Positions 37,258 to 49,786 of a stretch of DNA of 64,000 nucleotides are shown piece after piece. The notes under the pieces are model-generated. The model was not told the DNA's origin. It saw nothing but the letters and a program-made list of their open reading frames with translations, and did not search any database. Position numbers and translations under genes: made by a program. Positions within the stretch are counted from its first letter, which is position 1. Each line of letters starts with the position of its first letter. Source of the stretch: Podospora anserina (lineage: Eukaryota); the NCBI GenBank assembly GCA_017654855.1, contig CM030336.1:3906001-3970000 (forward strand), given 5' to 3'.

Positions 37258-40200
37258 CATTGATATCCATCATCATTCAGGGAGCATTCGAATTTGGGTT
37301 GGGTCAGGAGTTATGGGAATATGATACCAACGGACGGATGAGTGGGATGGGCTTCATGGATTAGGTTAACAGTACTGGGCTATTAACGAGCGATTCAGGG
37401 TTTACAGGACGTGGATGGCAAAAAAAAACAATGGATCTTTTGTGTACATACATTGGAGGCTTCAAGTCGCTGGCCAAAATTGATCAAGGTTCCTAAAATC
37501 AACTCGAGATATGACTGACACTATCACAACAATAGGAAGCTCCGATAAGAAGAAGAAAAAAAATTAAATCAAAAGCAACGCTGTGGCAGATGTTGTGGAC
37601 AAAGGGGGGATAGTGAATGGGGAAGATGTGGGTTGTTGCGCTGTCTGAATATTGTCGATACTTTGCTGTTGGCCACTTAACCAATGACGAAATCTATCCT
37701 CCCTTGGATTCTTAGGGTTTTGGTAGGTGTCTGATGACTAGACTTCTTTTGCTGATGTATATATCACGATATGGTTATCCTGTCTATTCCGTGTTATGCC
37801 GATTTAGTACCCCCCTTGGCCGATAGAATTTGACCATACAGAGAATGCTTACCTTATTTCTTGTTTATCTATGGATCTAAATCAGGTCTGTCGAGTTCAA
37901 ATCCAACACCCAGATAGAGTAGACTTCTCGTAAAGACGCACATCTAGTCTTGATCATCGATGGCTAGTATACATGTAAGACTGGTACGGTCCTCTCACAT
38001 AACCAGCCCCAACTTTCAACAGACAATCTCCCACTTCACCTCGCCCAAAACCGGAACAATCTCCTCATATAGTAACCCACTCTTCCCCCCCCCCCAAAAA
38101 AACCCCCCAAAACCCCCATCCTAAACCCTCTTCTTCAGCAACAACAACCACCTACATCCTCCACCATCATCACAACAGGGGTCATTCTAAAACTAGCAAA
38201 TTCTGTCCGGGAGCTACCTAGTCCAGGCATTCCCACACCGTTCCCCCATCACCACACCCTCCTCCCTCTGGGATATCTCCCCATCATATGTTCTTCTCTC
38301 TGGTCTCTTATCGGACCTCCGATGATGCTTGTGAGCAAGGCGCGCGCAAGCGAGCGAGAGAATCAAAGTACTCTGAAATAGTCTGCGCTCGCTGTCATGG
38401 CTGCCAAGGGAGGTGTGAGGTCCTGAGATGGCGTGGTCAGCACAGTATCGGTGTGGTCATGGTTCCGAGAGAGAGAAGAATGCAGCACGGTTGGAAGGTA
38501 CTTAGGAAGGGAAAGGAAGGATACAGTACAAGAGATGTGGGCCAGAAGAGAAGAGCACAGTATGATGGAGGAGGAGGGAACCGAGGAAGGATAGAATCGT
38601 GCAGTTGTGCATTTGTCTAGAGGGCGGTAAAGCTAGCGTTGCGATGTAATCCGCTAGCGAGCGGAGGGAGCCAGTCAGGGACCTCTGGGAGCCGGGGGGT
38701 CGGAATGTGTACCTTCCTTGTGGAGGAGTGGTTGTTGTTGTTGTTGGCGCGTTGGTTGGTGGGAGTGGCGGCGTAGGAGTTGCTGGTGAGGGTGGGAGAG
38801 CGAGTATCTTGCTGTTCCAAGATGTTTGGGAGGTAACTTGGACTGCAAAGCGGCATGATGGGTACCTAGGTAGGGTGTAAATGAGCTTTGTCTATGGTGA
38901 TGTTGAAGCCCAGATTTCAATATAACTTATCAGACAGCCCGAACTTACATTTTGTCGAGGATAAATACAGCAGTCACTTAGTCCAGATTTACGTTATACA
39001 GGACAGATACATCATCTAAACCATCACAGTGGAGTCCTGTCGTCCATTATCCAGTCCACATCCATCCACGGTCTACAACCCAAAAACCCCATCAATCTGA
39101 CATCCGTACATCCAAAAGTCCAAGCCAGCCTCAACCTATGTCACTATCAATCCCTTAAACTATCTTCTCCCATCAACAACAACGACAGCCTCTAAATTCT
39201 TTCAAAATACAAACCAACTACAACAATAACCCACCTTTTCCCTCCTCGCCCTCTATCCCCTTTCAGCAAGAGACTTTTTTCCCCATTCCTTATTCTCCTA
39301 CACAGATACCTAGCTGATCTATATCCAACCTAAAAGTCTCAAGCTCGAACCCATTGCTCATAATGTTACATAAGAGAATGGCAAACACCAGCCAGGAAGC
39401 TTTCAAGAGAGTGTCTCAAGCTGAGCTCCTTCAAGCTATGATTACCTGTCGTTACTTCGAAATTACCTAGTGAAAATTATGTTGCCTGGAGGAACAGTTC
39501 TCGATCATGTGTTTGGACATCAACTCCATCATCTTTCCTCATTCTCTTCAAAAGGGCAACTGCCCCCTGTCCAACATGACGTTGCCCCTGCTCAGGAGCT
39601 ATGACCACATCAAAGAGGTTCATCACGATTCACAGGCTTCAAACTCGCAGGTTCAAACTCATCATTTCGTCTAATAAATAGACCATAAAGCTCAAGATCT
39701 CCATCCACGGCTTCAGTCCTCGATAAGTCTTTAATTACAAGACATCTCGGTCCTCGGTGAAGTACCAACCGCGACCTCTTCAGCCACCTCAGACATCCCG
39801 GTATCTCCCGGCCTACACCACCACCAAATCTCACAATGTGGCGCCGACAACAATGCGTCACTCTCAAATTACACCGGTCAGATATAAATACCCTCGTCAC
39901 TCCCAGTCTCAACAATCACAGACTGCCTCTCATTATCACCACCAGCTTCGGCTCATGTGCAACACAATCATCATAAACATATTTAACCCGGCAGCGTTCC
40001 GGCCACCCGGGTAGCCCGATTCGGTATTTACCCAACCAATTTGGCAAAGCCTATTATGTTTCACCGCCGACTCACCTTTTTACCTCCATTCCGTCATGCT
40101 GCCTTACCGAGCAGATCGTTGGAAGCTTTCAAGGTTCGATCTGGGTCAAAAGTTTTGTGGTTCGACCAACCAGCGAAGCTTCCGACCCTCCCCCTTTTGC

Positions 40201-41241
40201 CAACACTGCCGCGCTCATCCGTTACACAACATTTGCGGCAACAGCGGTGTTTGTCGGAGTTGATCCCGTTGGGAAGATTCGAGAATTGACATTTTGGTGA
40301 GTTCCATTTAGAAATTGACAATCAGAGTCAAAACCAGTTCCTACCAGTTGAGCCCGATGGTTGAAAGCTTCCCAAGCTTCCTGGAGCTTCAAATGCCCCT
40401 CAGTTCGAAAAAAGAGGCATTTTTCACATCCTGTCGTCATGCCCGGCCCTGGTTCTGGTGGTGGAGTTAAAGTGGACGGCTATCGGCCCTCAACAAGTGA
40501 GGTTGCGGGAAATCGCCGCTAAGTGGGGGCCTCGTGGGGGCTTGCGATAGACCCTGGTCAGAAAACAGGAGCCGCGCCAACCTCAGACATCAAACCCCAA
40601 GCTGAAAATTTTCAGTGACACAAAAACCGAGAGCTTCGTTGGGTTCGAACAAAACCAAGCTTGTGCTGCCTTGTCCAGGTCCAAGGACCCAGCTTCCCAA
40701 GAGGTTCGTCGATGGCTCCCGTGCTCCGTAGAAAGCTGCCGGATCCATGAATCATGCCCCCTCCATCACCGAGCTTGTTGCTTTGCTCGAGCTGTGCTGC
40801 TGGCTCCTGGTTGCTGCTGCTGCTGCTGCTGTTCGTCCCTCCGTAAACCTCTTGTAGAATCCGGCTTTGCCCGGCGGAATTCCCTTTCGTCCCCTGGAAA
40901 AGCGGTGCAGCTGCTGGGCAAAGTGCCGCACAGCAAAATTTTCCCTCTGGCTCTCCTCGCAGACCTGGGAATTCCAACTTCTGACCCACTTTCAGAGCTC
41001 TCGGTGGAGCGATTTCCCTCGAATTGACCACTCACGTCGCCCATCATCGATGCTCGAGCCCGTTGCCCGGACCAGCCCGAGGTTCCGCTTTCCCCAGCTG
41101 ACCACTTGTTCTTCCTCGCACTTTTCCCTTCCCTCCTCTTTTTCCCTCTCCCACTCAGCAGTCGAGCCTCACCTCCAAAGAGCATCTTCTCGATCCCCGT
41201 CTTTTGCATCACCTCTGCATACCCCCTTCTCATCAGACACA

Positions 41242-42096
<855 letters not shown>

Positions 42097-43955
42097 TAGA
42101 ATCGCACCATAGACGGGGCCCATATTAGACCTAGATCGGGGAAGACTTTCGAGGACGATCTGACCGTCGATGTCGGCTTTTGCCGGCACCTGTAAAATAC
42201 TCAACCGCGATTCTCCCAGTTCTCTGGGGACACCACAAGAATATTTCATTTTGTCTCTGCCGTTTCAGCATCACCACTTCTTTTCCAGCGAGAGAATACA
42301 CTTGTCAGACTTGTTGAGAGTGACTTGTGGCTCTGTTTGTGCTGTGTTTGCGAATGCCATCAGTTTTGATATCTCTCAGCACTTGATGAGATGATATGAT
42401 ATTGATAATCCCTCGTGTCTTGGCCAGCGGGTAAACAGGGGCTGAAGGCGGGGTATGTCCAATTGCCCAACACGAACAACATGCATTGTGCACTCACAAT
42501 TCCAGCACACCAAAGGGAACGTGAAACGGGGGGCCACGTAGAAAACAAATCAATTGACCTGGCCATTGGGCAGTGCTCTCCCTTGCCAGCCCTCACTCGA
42601 GGTGAATGAGAAGAGTGTGACCGATGGGGAGTCCCGGTACCCTGATGCATACACTGGGGGTAGGTGAGCACCGGGAGCACCATCATCACGAACCGTCTCG
42701 GCGACGACGGGCACGGGATAAGGATCACGGGCAACGAACGGGCTACGGGGTACGGAGCTTGCGGCCGGACATACGGAGGGAGGCACCTAGTTTCTAGCGT
42801 TAGATCTTTGTTTTTGGAAAGCAAGGCACGGGGAGGACGGGGGGGAAGAGTAGATGGACTCCACTGTCAACAACAAGCCGGAATGTCTCCACCAGATAAT
42901 GGGGCCGCTCCTTGTGTGTTGTGTGCTTAGCGTGCTCGGTGCTGTTGCAGTGCTAGCTGATAGCGGGACCCATCTTTTACATATATGCCGTGTAAGTGGT
43001 GATGGTTGATGTTGATGATATCGTGACGCTTTCCTTTTGGCAGAAATGAGAGAAAGAGGAAGAGAAAAGGGGACAGACGAGTGAGGAGAAGAGAAGGGAA
43101 ATGGGAAAAAGGGAAGGGGTCAGTCGCCTCGACGTTCATTGGTGGCATGGGATGGGACACTCATGAGGGGAAAGGGGACACGGCCGTGCTTGCTTGCTTG
43201 CTGCCACCACAGAAAGAAGGAGGAAGCGGACGGGAAGTCCATCGTTGTTGTATGGCCACGTCTATGTAACATGCACCTGCCTTTTTTCCCTTTCGGCCAG
43301 AACACTGCATCATCATCTTGCATCTCATTCGTCTCCCTTGCTTCATCTCTCTCACCGAGAAAAGTATTCTTCCAGCAAAAGATATACAGATCAATACATC
43401 TGGTCGAGAGAGCGCTGAAAAGGAAAGGAAAGGAAAGGAAAGGACGGCATCCAGCGTATGCATCTCGTGTTACACAAGCTGGGTTCCCCGCTTTTGAACC
43501 AGATGTTCCCCAGGTTTTTTTTTTTTTGCCCAGATGTGTGATGGCGGTGGCGGCTGGGGAAGGTGAGACGGGATCGTCGAGAATATGTTTCTGGGGAAGC
43601 AAGGGAGAAAATACAATAGATTGTATCTGTGATGTGCTCGAATGATGAGGACAACGACCCTCCCAGATGGTTTTGACGTGAAGCATCAATGTTGAACTGT
43701 TGGATACCCTTGTGTCGAGTCTGTGGAAGACAGGGGCGTGGCAACTAATCTCCTGCTGCAGCCCGAACAGATGAATCGGGCGAGAATGGTAGGCTGCATA
43801 ACAATGAACGACGCGTCCGAGAACATGGCACACAATGCATTCGAAAAGCCCAAGTGCTCATAACGGTCGTTCCTGTAATTCTATCGTGTCTATCGCTATT
43901 GCTTGCTCCCCTTTTCCATGCTTACCGAAACCCAAACACCTATGCCTACGCCCAC

Positions 43956-45744
43956 TCAATTCCTGACCAACAAGCTGCGGCCAGTCATCTCCTCGGGAAT
44001 TGGCAGGCCCATGGCGGCAAGCACAGTAGGGGCAACATCACCGAGGACACCCTCCTCCTTCTTCAGACTCCAGCCCTCGGGGGCGTTGGCCATGATGAAG
44101 GGCACCTTGTTGGTGGTGTGAGACGTCTTGGGCTTGCCGTCGGGGAACTTCATCTCCTCGGCGTTGCCGTGGTCGGACGTGATGAAGAGAATGTAGCCGT
44201 TCTTCTTGCATCCCTCATAGATCTTGCCAATGGCCTTGTCCGTGGCCGCGCAGCCAACGATGGCAGCCTCGTACACACCAGTGTGACCAACCATGTCGGG
44301 AGGAGCAAAGTTGTTCATGACGAAGGGGAACTCGCCCTCACCAAGACGCTTGACAACCTGCTCGGCGACACCGTCGGCGCTCATCTCGGGAGCCTGGTCG
44401 TAAGTGGCGACGCTCTTGTTGGAGGGCACAAGATCCTGGCTCTCGTCACGGACCTCGAGAGGGAACACCTTCTCAACACCACCGTTGAAAAAGAAGGTGA
44501 CGTGGGCATACTTCTCCGTCTCGGCAACGTGAACCTGCTTGACGCCCTGCTTGCCCAACCACTCAGCAAGCACATTGCCCATGTGCTGGGGCTTGAAAGC
44601 AACCTCGAAGGGGTAGTCGACCTTGTACTGGGTCATGGTGACCAAGTTGATCTTGGGGTAGGGGAAATCCGGGAGGACTGACCGGTCGACGTCGCCCAAA
44701 ACCTGCGTGATTTGGCGGACACGATCGGAGCGGTAGTTGAAGAAGAAGACGTTATCACCATCTAAGAGATGTCAGCACTGCTTTTAAGGCAATGACCGGA
44801 ATGTCACACACCCTTGATGCGAGACTCCTGGCCACCAACAATGATGGGCTTGAGAAACTCGTCGTTCTCGCCCTTGTCATAACGCTCCTTGATGGTCTTG
44901 ACCGGGTCGGTGCTCTCCTCGCCTTCGCCGAGGACAAGGCCCTTGAGAGCGATCTCGACACGTTCCCATCTCTTGTCACGGTCCATGGCATAGTATCTGC
45001 CGACAATGGTGGCAATCTCACCAATACCAAGCTCCTTGATCTTGGCGAGCAGTTCTTCCAGGTAACCGGCACCGGACTTGGGGTCGGTGTCACGGCCATC
45101 ACCAAAGAAGTGGATGTAGACCTTGGGGATGCCATACTGCTTGGCAGCCTCGAGGAGAGCATAAAGATGGGTTTGCTTGGCGTGCTGTTATCGTGAACAA
45201 AACGTCAGCGGATATCCCCCAACATACACCGGCAGCTCCGGCAACCCGGTCAGCACCTACCACACCACCATGCGAGACCAAACCGCACAAGTGAAGACGG
45301 CCATTGCTGTTCTTGGCCGCCTCCATAACCTTCTTGATCACATCGTTCTCGGCGAGCTTGCCCTGCTTGATCGTTTGGTCGATGCGGACGACATCCTGCC
45401 AGACGACACGGCCGGCGCCAATGTTGAGATGGCCAACTTCGGAGTTGCCCATCAGCCCCTCAGGGAGGCCGACAGCGAGGGAGGAGGCATCGAGCTCGGT
45501 GAATCCGGTGGCGCTCCTGGAGAACTCGTCCATGACGGGGGTTTCGGCGGCAGCAATAGCATCGCCATTCTTGGGAGACTCCTCCGAGGGGATACCCCAG
45601 CCGTCAATCACGACTGTAATACGAACGAACCAACATCATAATCAGCCATCCCAGCTCCAGATAGATCAGGATATAGCCCAGCACGAGCGGGAGATCGGGG
45701 CGGCGAGGAGACGTACTCAGGCAAGCCTTGTGATCGGGAGCCAT
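43956..45744 (-). CDS. gpmI: 2,3-bisphosphoglycerate-independent phosphoglycerate mutase; introns 45614-45716, 45185-45260, 44762-44811
   Basis: IVIDGWG, GLMGNSEVGHLNIGAGR, SHGGVH, FGDGRDT, GRYYAMDRDKRWER, FNYRSDR, AETEKYAHVTFFFNGG, PDMVGHTG and TSDHGNAE. Confidence 0.97.
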
Positions 45745-46390
45745 GTTTTACTTTTTGGAAGCTTTGTAGCTAGGTGGGTTCTTCGTAGGTGTAGGGTTCG
45801 GGTTTAACTGGAGGGCGGCTCAATGACACCACGACTTCTTGAGGAATTGTAGGATTTAAATTGACAACCTGGAAGATGCGGGATAAAACCTCAGATGATC
45901 AGGATCTTTTCAGCCAAAAGAAAAAAAAAGATTCCAAGCTTGGTTCAGCGCAAAAGGAACTTGTTGGGAAGGCCGATGGCGGGGTAGTTAGTCCCTCAGC
46001 GTCTCTCTCTCGTCCCACCCCCACCTGACGTCGATGTCCGTTTGAACCCACCGAAGCGTCATAGCGTCCCTTTTTGACAGCCGTCCGACCACTCACAACT
46101 GTCAATTTGAACACCTTCCCCCACGGCGCCGCACGGGTTCCGGCGCCAGGAACGCGTACCCCACACCCGTGGACTTTGACATCGCGATTGCAATCGTTAT
46201 CGCGAAGCACCTTGCGAGAGCATCACTTTTTGCGCCCACTTTCAGAGACCACTTCACCGACAACCACCGCACGCGGGGAACCATCCTGCTGATCATTCAA
46301 CCAACCCTCAACCATCACGACCCCGACAACTCCCTACCTCTGAACAACATCTCAACCTCCCCACCTCTCCAACCACTCCCAACGACGACA

Positions 46391-46849
46391 ATGCCCCCAA
46401 CCGCCCCCAATCAAAGGCCCCTCCCCTCCCCTCCCTCTCCCCCTCCGACCTAGACACCCTCCCCCCTCCTCCCCCCTCCTAACCCTCCGTTCCTCCCTCT
46501 CCTCCTCGTCCCAAACCAAACCCCCTCCCCTGTAACCGGCACAACCCCCCTCCCAACCTCCAACCCGCAAACCACCCTCCCCTTCACAACAAAAGAACTC
46601 GCCTCCTCCACCGACCCAATCAAGCACAAGCTCCAGCGCGCCCGCCACTCGATAAAGCAAATGGAGGACATCGCCCGCCTCATCCCCCAGCAAGAAACCG
46701 AAATCATCGAGCTCGAAAAGCGCCGCAAGAAACAGGCCGAAATGCTCGCCAGGATCAAGGAGGAGGGCTTGGTTTTTAGCAGGGAGGGGGATAGGGAGGG
46801 GGAGGAGGATAGGGAGGGGGAGGACGGGAGGGGGGTGATGGTGGAGTGA
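46391..46849 (+). CDS. med9: Mediator subunit Med9 (Cse2)-like; the 5' half is frame-disrupted within poly-C tracts
   Basis: C-terminal KELASSTDPIKHKLQRARHSIKQMEDIARLIPQQETEIIELEKRRKKQAEML matches the Med9 pattern. ATG 46391 is in the same frame but is followed by TAG at 46451. LSPSDLDTL and LLTLRSSL segments appear in the other two frames. Confidence 0.75.
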
Positions 46850-47394
46850 GTCGGGCGAAACAACATGAGAGGAGGGGAATGGGCTGCGGAAGGACAAGCA
46901 TACACCAAAGGGGGGAGGAAGAACGGTGGGAGCAGAGATTAGGCTGTTGTCGGTTCAAGCTTGAGTTCTTTGGAGAGCACGAGGGGACGACGAGGAAGGA
47001 TGGATTGGCTGTGGTGATGGACAGACGAGCCACTGGTGGACAGGCCCCCAGTCCAGAACGAAGAATATACGATGGAGCTGGTAGACACTGGCTTGAACAG
47101 ACAACAGAGCAATCAAGACTCCGTTGGTTGCTGCGATACGGCTCGGGCATCAATGGAAAGGAGACACTGGTGATTTCAAGCCATGGGCGCAGCGATACGT
47201 CCAGATTTACGGCCAACAGCATAGCACAAGATACGAATAACGAACGATACCCAAACACAATAACAATAATTACTCAAATTACTTGACTCTATTAACATCC
47301 TTCCCCATACTAAATATGTATTACTGGGGAACCTACCCCTCTGTTGCATAACCTACAGGCGCAGTTTGCCCTTTAAAAGAAAGAAACCACCCAT

Positions 47395-48423
47395 CTAAGC
47401 AATCCCAAACCTCCCCAGCACCCCCTTCACATCCCCTCCCTCATCCCCCATCGCCCCCCTCCAAACCTCCCCCTTCACCCTCTCCCCCTCCCCCAGCACC
47501 CCCCAGTTGGGACTCTGCCCCTCCTTCAACCACAAGAAATCCTTCACCTCCTTCCACTTGTTCTCCCCCTCTGCCCCTGTCTCCATCCCCTCCGGCAACG
47601 GCGCAAACCTCACCCCCTTGCACCCCTCAATAATCGGCTCGCTCCTCACCCACAAATAAAAGTCCACCTCCTCACAGTCATGAATCCTCACCTGCCTCGC
47701 CGTCACAACAACCACACACCTCTTGAGCCCCGTCACATGAACCGGGCCATCCACATGCCCCGCCACAACAACACTCTTCTCAACCCCCTTGAGCATCAAA
47801 CTCGCAAACGGCGCCGCCCGACTAGCTTCAACAGTAGGAGAGCAAAGGTTGACCACACAGCTAGACAGATCAATAAGCTGCCCCGCCGACGAAGTCCGCG
47901 AGTGATCTGCCGGCAGCGTGATGACAGCATCCCTCTCCCCCTCCACCTTGATCGCCCTCGGACTCCTCGACCTTCCCCTGCTCCCACCACCACCGGGCGA
48001 CAAAGGCGGTGAGATCGGTGGCTGGCCATTCGTCTTCTCCCCCTTGGTCCCATCCCTGTTGTTCACCAACCGGCGGGAATCACTCTTCGGGGCATCATCA
48101 CCATCAACCGCCGCCGGCGGTCTCGGCCGGAACTGAAACCGACTCTTGGGCGCGAGCTTCGCCGTCGTCTCATCCAGCTCTTTCCGGAGGGTGTTCACCG
48201 CGTCGGTGTACACCCTATGATCGTACGCCGGCAGAAAATGCGTAGCGTCCCTCACATCGTTGGTCAGGCGGGAAATGTTGGTCAGGATCACCTCTGTGGC
48301 ATCCTGGCGCTCGCCGGCGACGGGGGCGATGGAGGGGAGGTGAGTGATTTGTTCTTGGATGTTGGCTTGCTGCATGCGAAAGTTGCGGTAGAAGCGCTCT
48401 TTGGCGTCTTCTTGGTGGGCCAT
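47395..48423 (-). CDS. Tubulin-specific chaperone C (cofactor C)
   Basis: N-terminal helical bundle (FLPAYDHRVY...LAPKSRFQFR) and C-CAP beta-helix (VDGPVHVTG...ARQVRIHDC...SEPIIEGC...FAP...NKWKEVKDFLWLKEGQSPNW). Confidence 0.93.
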   Translation of the reverse strand: MAHQEDAKERFYRNFRMQQANIQEQITHLPSIAPVAGERQDATEVILTNISRLTNDVRDATHFLPAYDHRVYTDAVNTLRKELDETTAKLAPKSRFQFRPRPPAAVDGDDAPKSDSRRLVNNRDGTKGEKTNGQPPISPPLSPGGGGSRGRSRSPRAIKVEGERDAVITLPADHSRTSSAGQLIDLSSCVVNLCSPTVEASRAAPFASLMLKGVEKSVVVAGHVDGPVHVTGLKRCVVVVTARQVRIHDCEEVDFYLWVRSEPIIEGCKGVRFAPLPEGMETGAEGENKWKEVKDFLWLKEGQSPNWGVLGEGERVKGEVWRGAMGDEGGDVKGVLGRFGIA

Positions 48424-48638
48424 GTTGATCATCCTGATGGTGCTTGGGTGGACTGGGTTGATGAATAACCCTGTTGTTGTATCTGGGAAGAAAAAAAAGT
48501 TGGCTTCTGCTGAGGGGTGGGTGGTGCATGGCCGTGTTAGTTGAGTGGTGTGATATCAACAGATGATGTGAAAGTGTTGGTTGTGTTTCGGCAAAGACCA
48601 CAACATCAGACGATCACATCATGAGAGAAACGAACCTT

Positions 48639-48681
<43 letters not shown>
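48639..48681. repeat. Compound (TA)n(TG)n microsatellite
   Basis: Seen directly. Confidence 0.95.
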
Positions 48682-49786
48682 ATTCTCCCAAAATGATCAA
48701 TGACGATCCCCTCAATAAAACGCTGGTTGATATACGTCTGTGGCTTTCTCCGGCGGCGGTTGAGACAGACCAGATGACAGGTAACGGTGTCGTCGGTTCA
48801 AGAATAGAGTTGTGACACAGGTCCCAAAGCCAAACCGCCTGGTAGTCTCCAAATGATGCGAGTGGGTGGTTCTTCGTTCGGGCGTGACAAGTCAAAATAC
48901 AAAATGTTAAGGAGACGAAAATAAAAGTCACGAGTCAAGAAAGTCGTGAGGCAACAAAAGTTGAAACAACACAGTTCAAGAATCAACCCGGCAGCACATG
49001 CCAGGCACCAAAATATACCTACCCTCTCCCTCCCCCAAACCAGGGAAGGGGGTGATGACTGGGACCCAGGAAATGGGGAAGGCATCAACAAGGTGGGGAG
49101 TACTAAATCTGGAGATACCCCGGGGAAGCTATTGATTGCATTGGTGGGGTAGTCTTGGCAGCACACTTTCGAAAAGTCGGTCTCGAACGACCCCTTTCTC
49201 TTCAGCTCAAAGATGTCGGTGAGGTGAAGCCCCCCTGACCCCTAACCTCGAAGAGATCTTGATTACATCGTTACAATGCGAGATCTCGCCATGTGCTCGG
49301 ATTATTTTCCTTTCATTTACACTACTGGTTGGTGGTCCCCCATCATCAAACGGTCCGTCATTTGTGGCAGATGGCTTGGCTATGTTTTCTGGTTCTTTTT
49401 AAACCACCCCCTAACGCCTGACATCTCCCTTCATGACCCAACCTGGCCTCATGATACATATACCCCAACCTTATCTACCTAATCCATAAAACTTACCTCA
49501 TACCTGCATACTCCATGTCTCCATTACCTACGTGGCCGTCGATCTAGACTTTTCATCAGATACCGAAAATTCCCCCGACACAAACAGTCGGTCAAGCAAG
49601 CAAAGCAGCCGGAATACGGCAACATCGGTGAAAAAGTTCCGAATTATATGTGTACGTGTGTGTGCGATTCATACATTACGCTTTCTATTGCCGCGTATTA
49701 TATATATTCATATATATATATATATTTCTAGAGAAAACCTATATAACCCACCCCAGCCTTTTTTCTACCTATACCGCATGCTTGCC

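Noticed and set aside
40130-40170. GGTTCGA T-loop-like motifs (also near 40641)
   Set aside because: No cloverleaf, acceptor stem or A-box could be built around them.
42550-42790. Possible minus-strand exon (CTAAC...CTAG acceptor followed by 78 open codons)
   Set aside because: No convincing upstream exon, start codon or homology, so it is not supportable as a gene.
49253-49287. Small hairpin GAGATCTTGATT...AATGCGAGATCTC, considered as part of an ncRNA between tbcC and gpi1
   Set aside because: It is only about 12 bp with a bulge and is built on a self-palindromic AGATCT. I found no snRNA, snoRNA, RNase P/MRP or telomerase-template motifs nearby.
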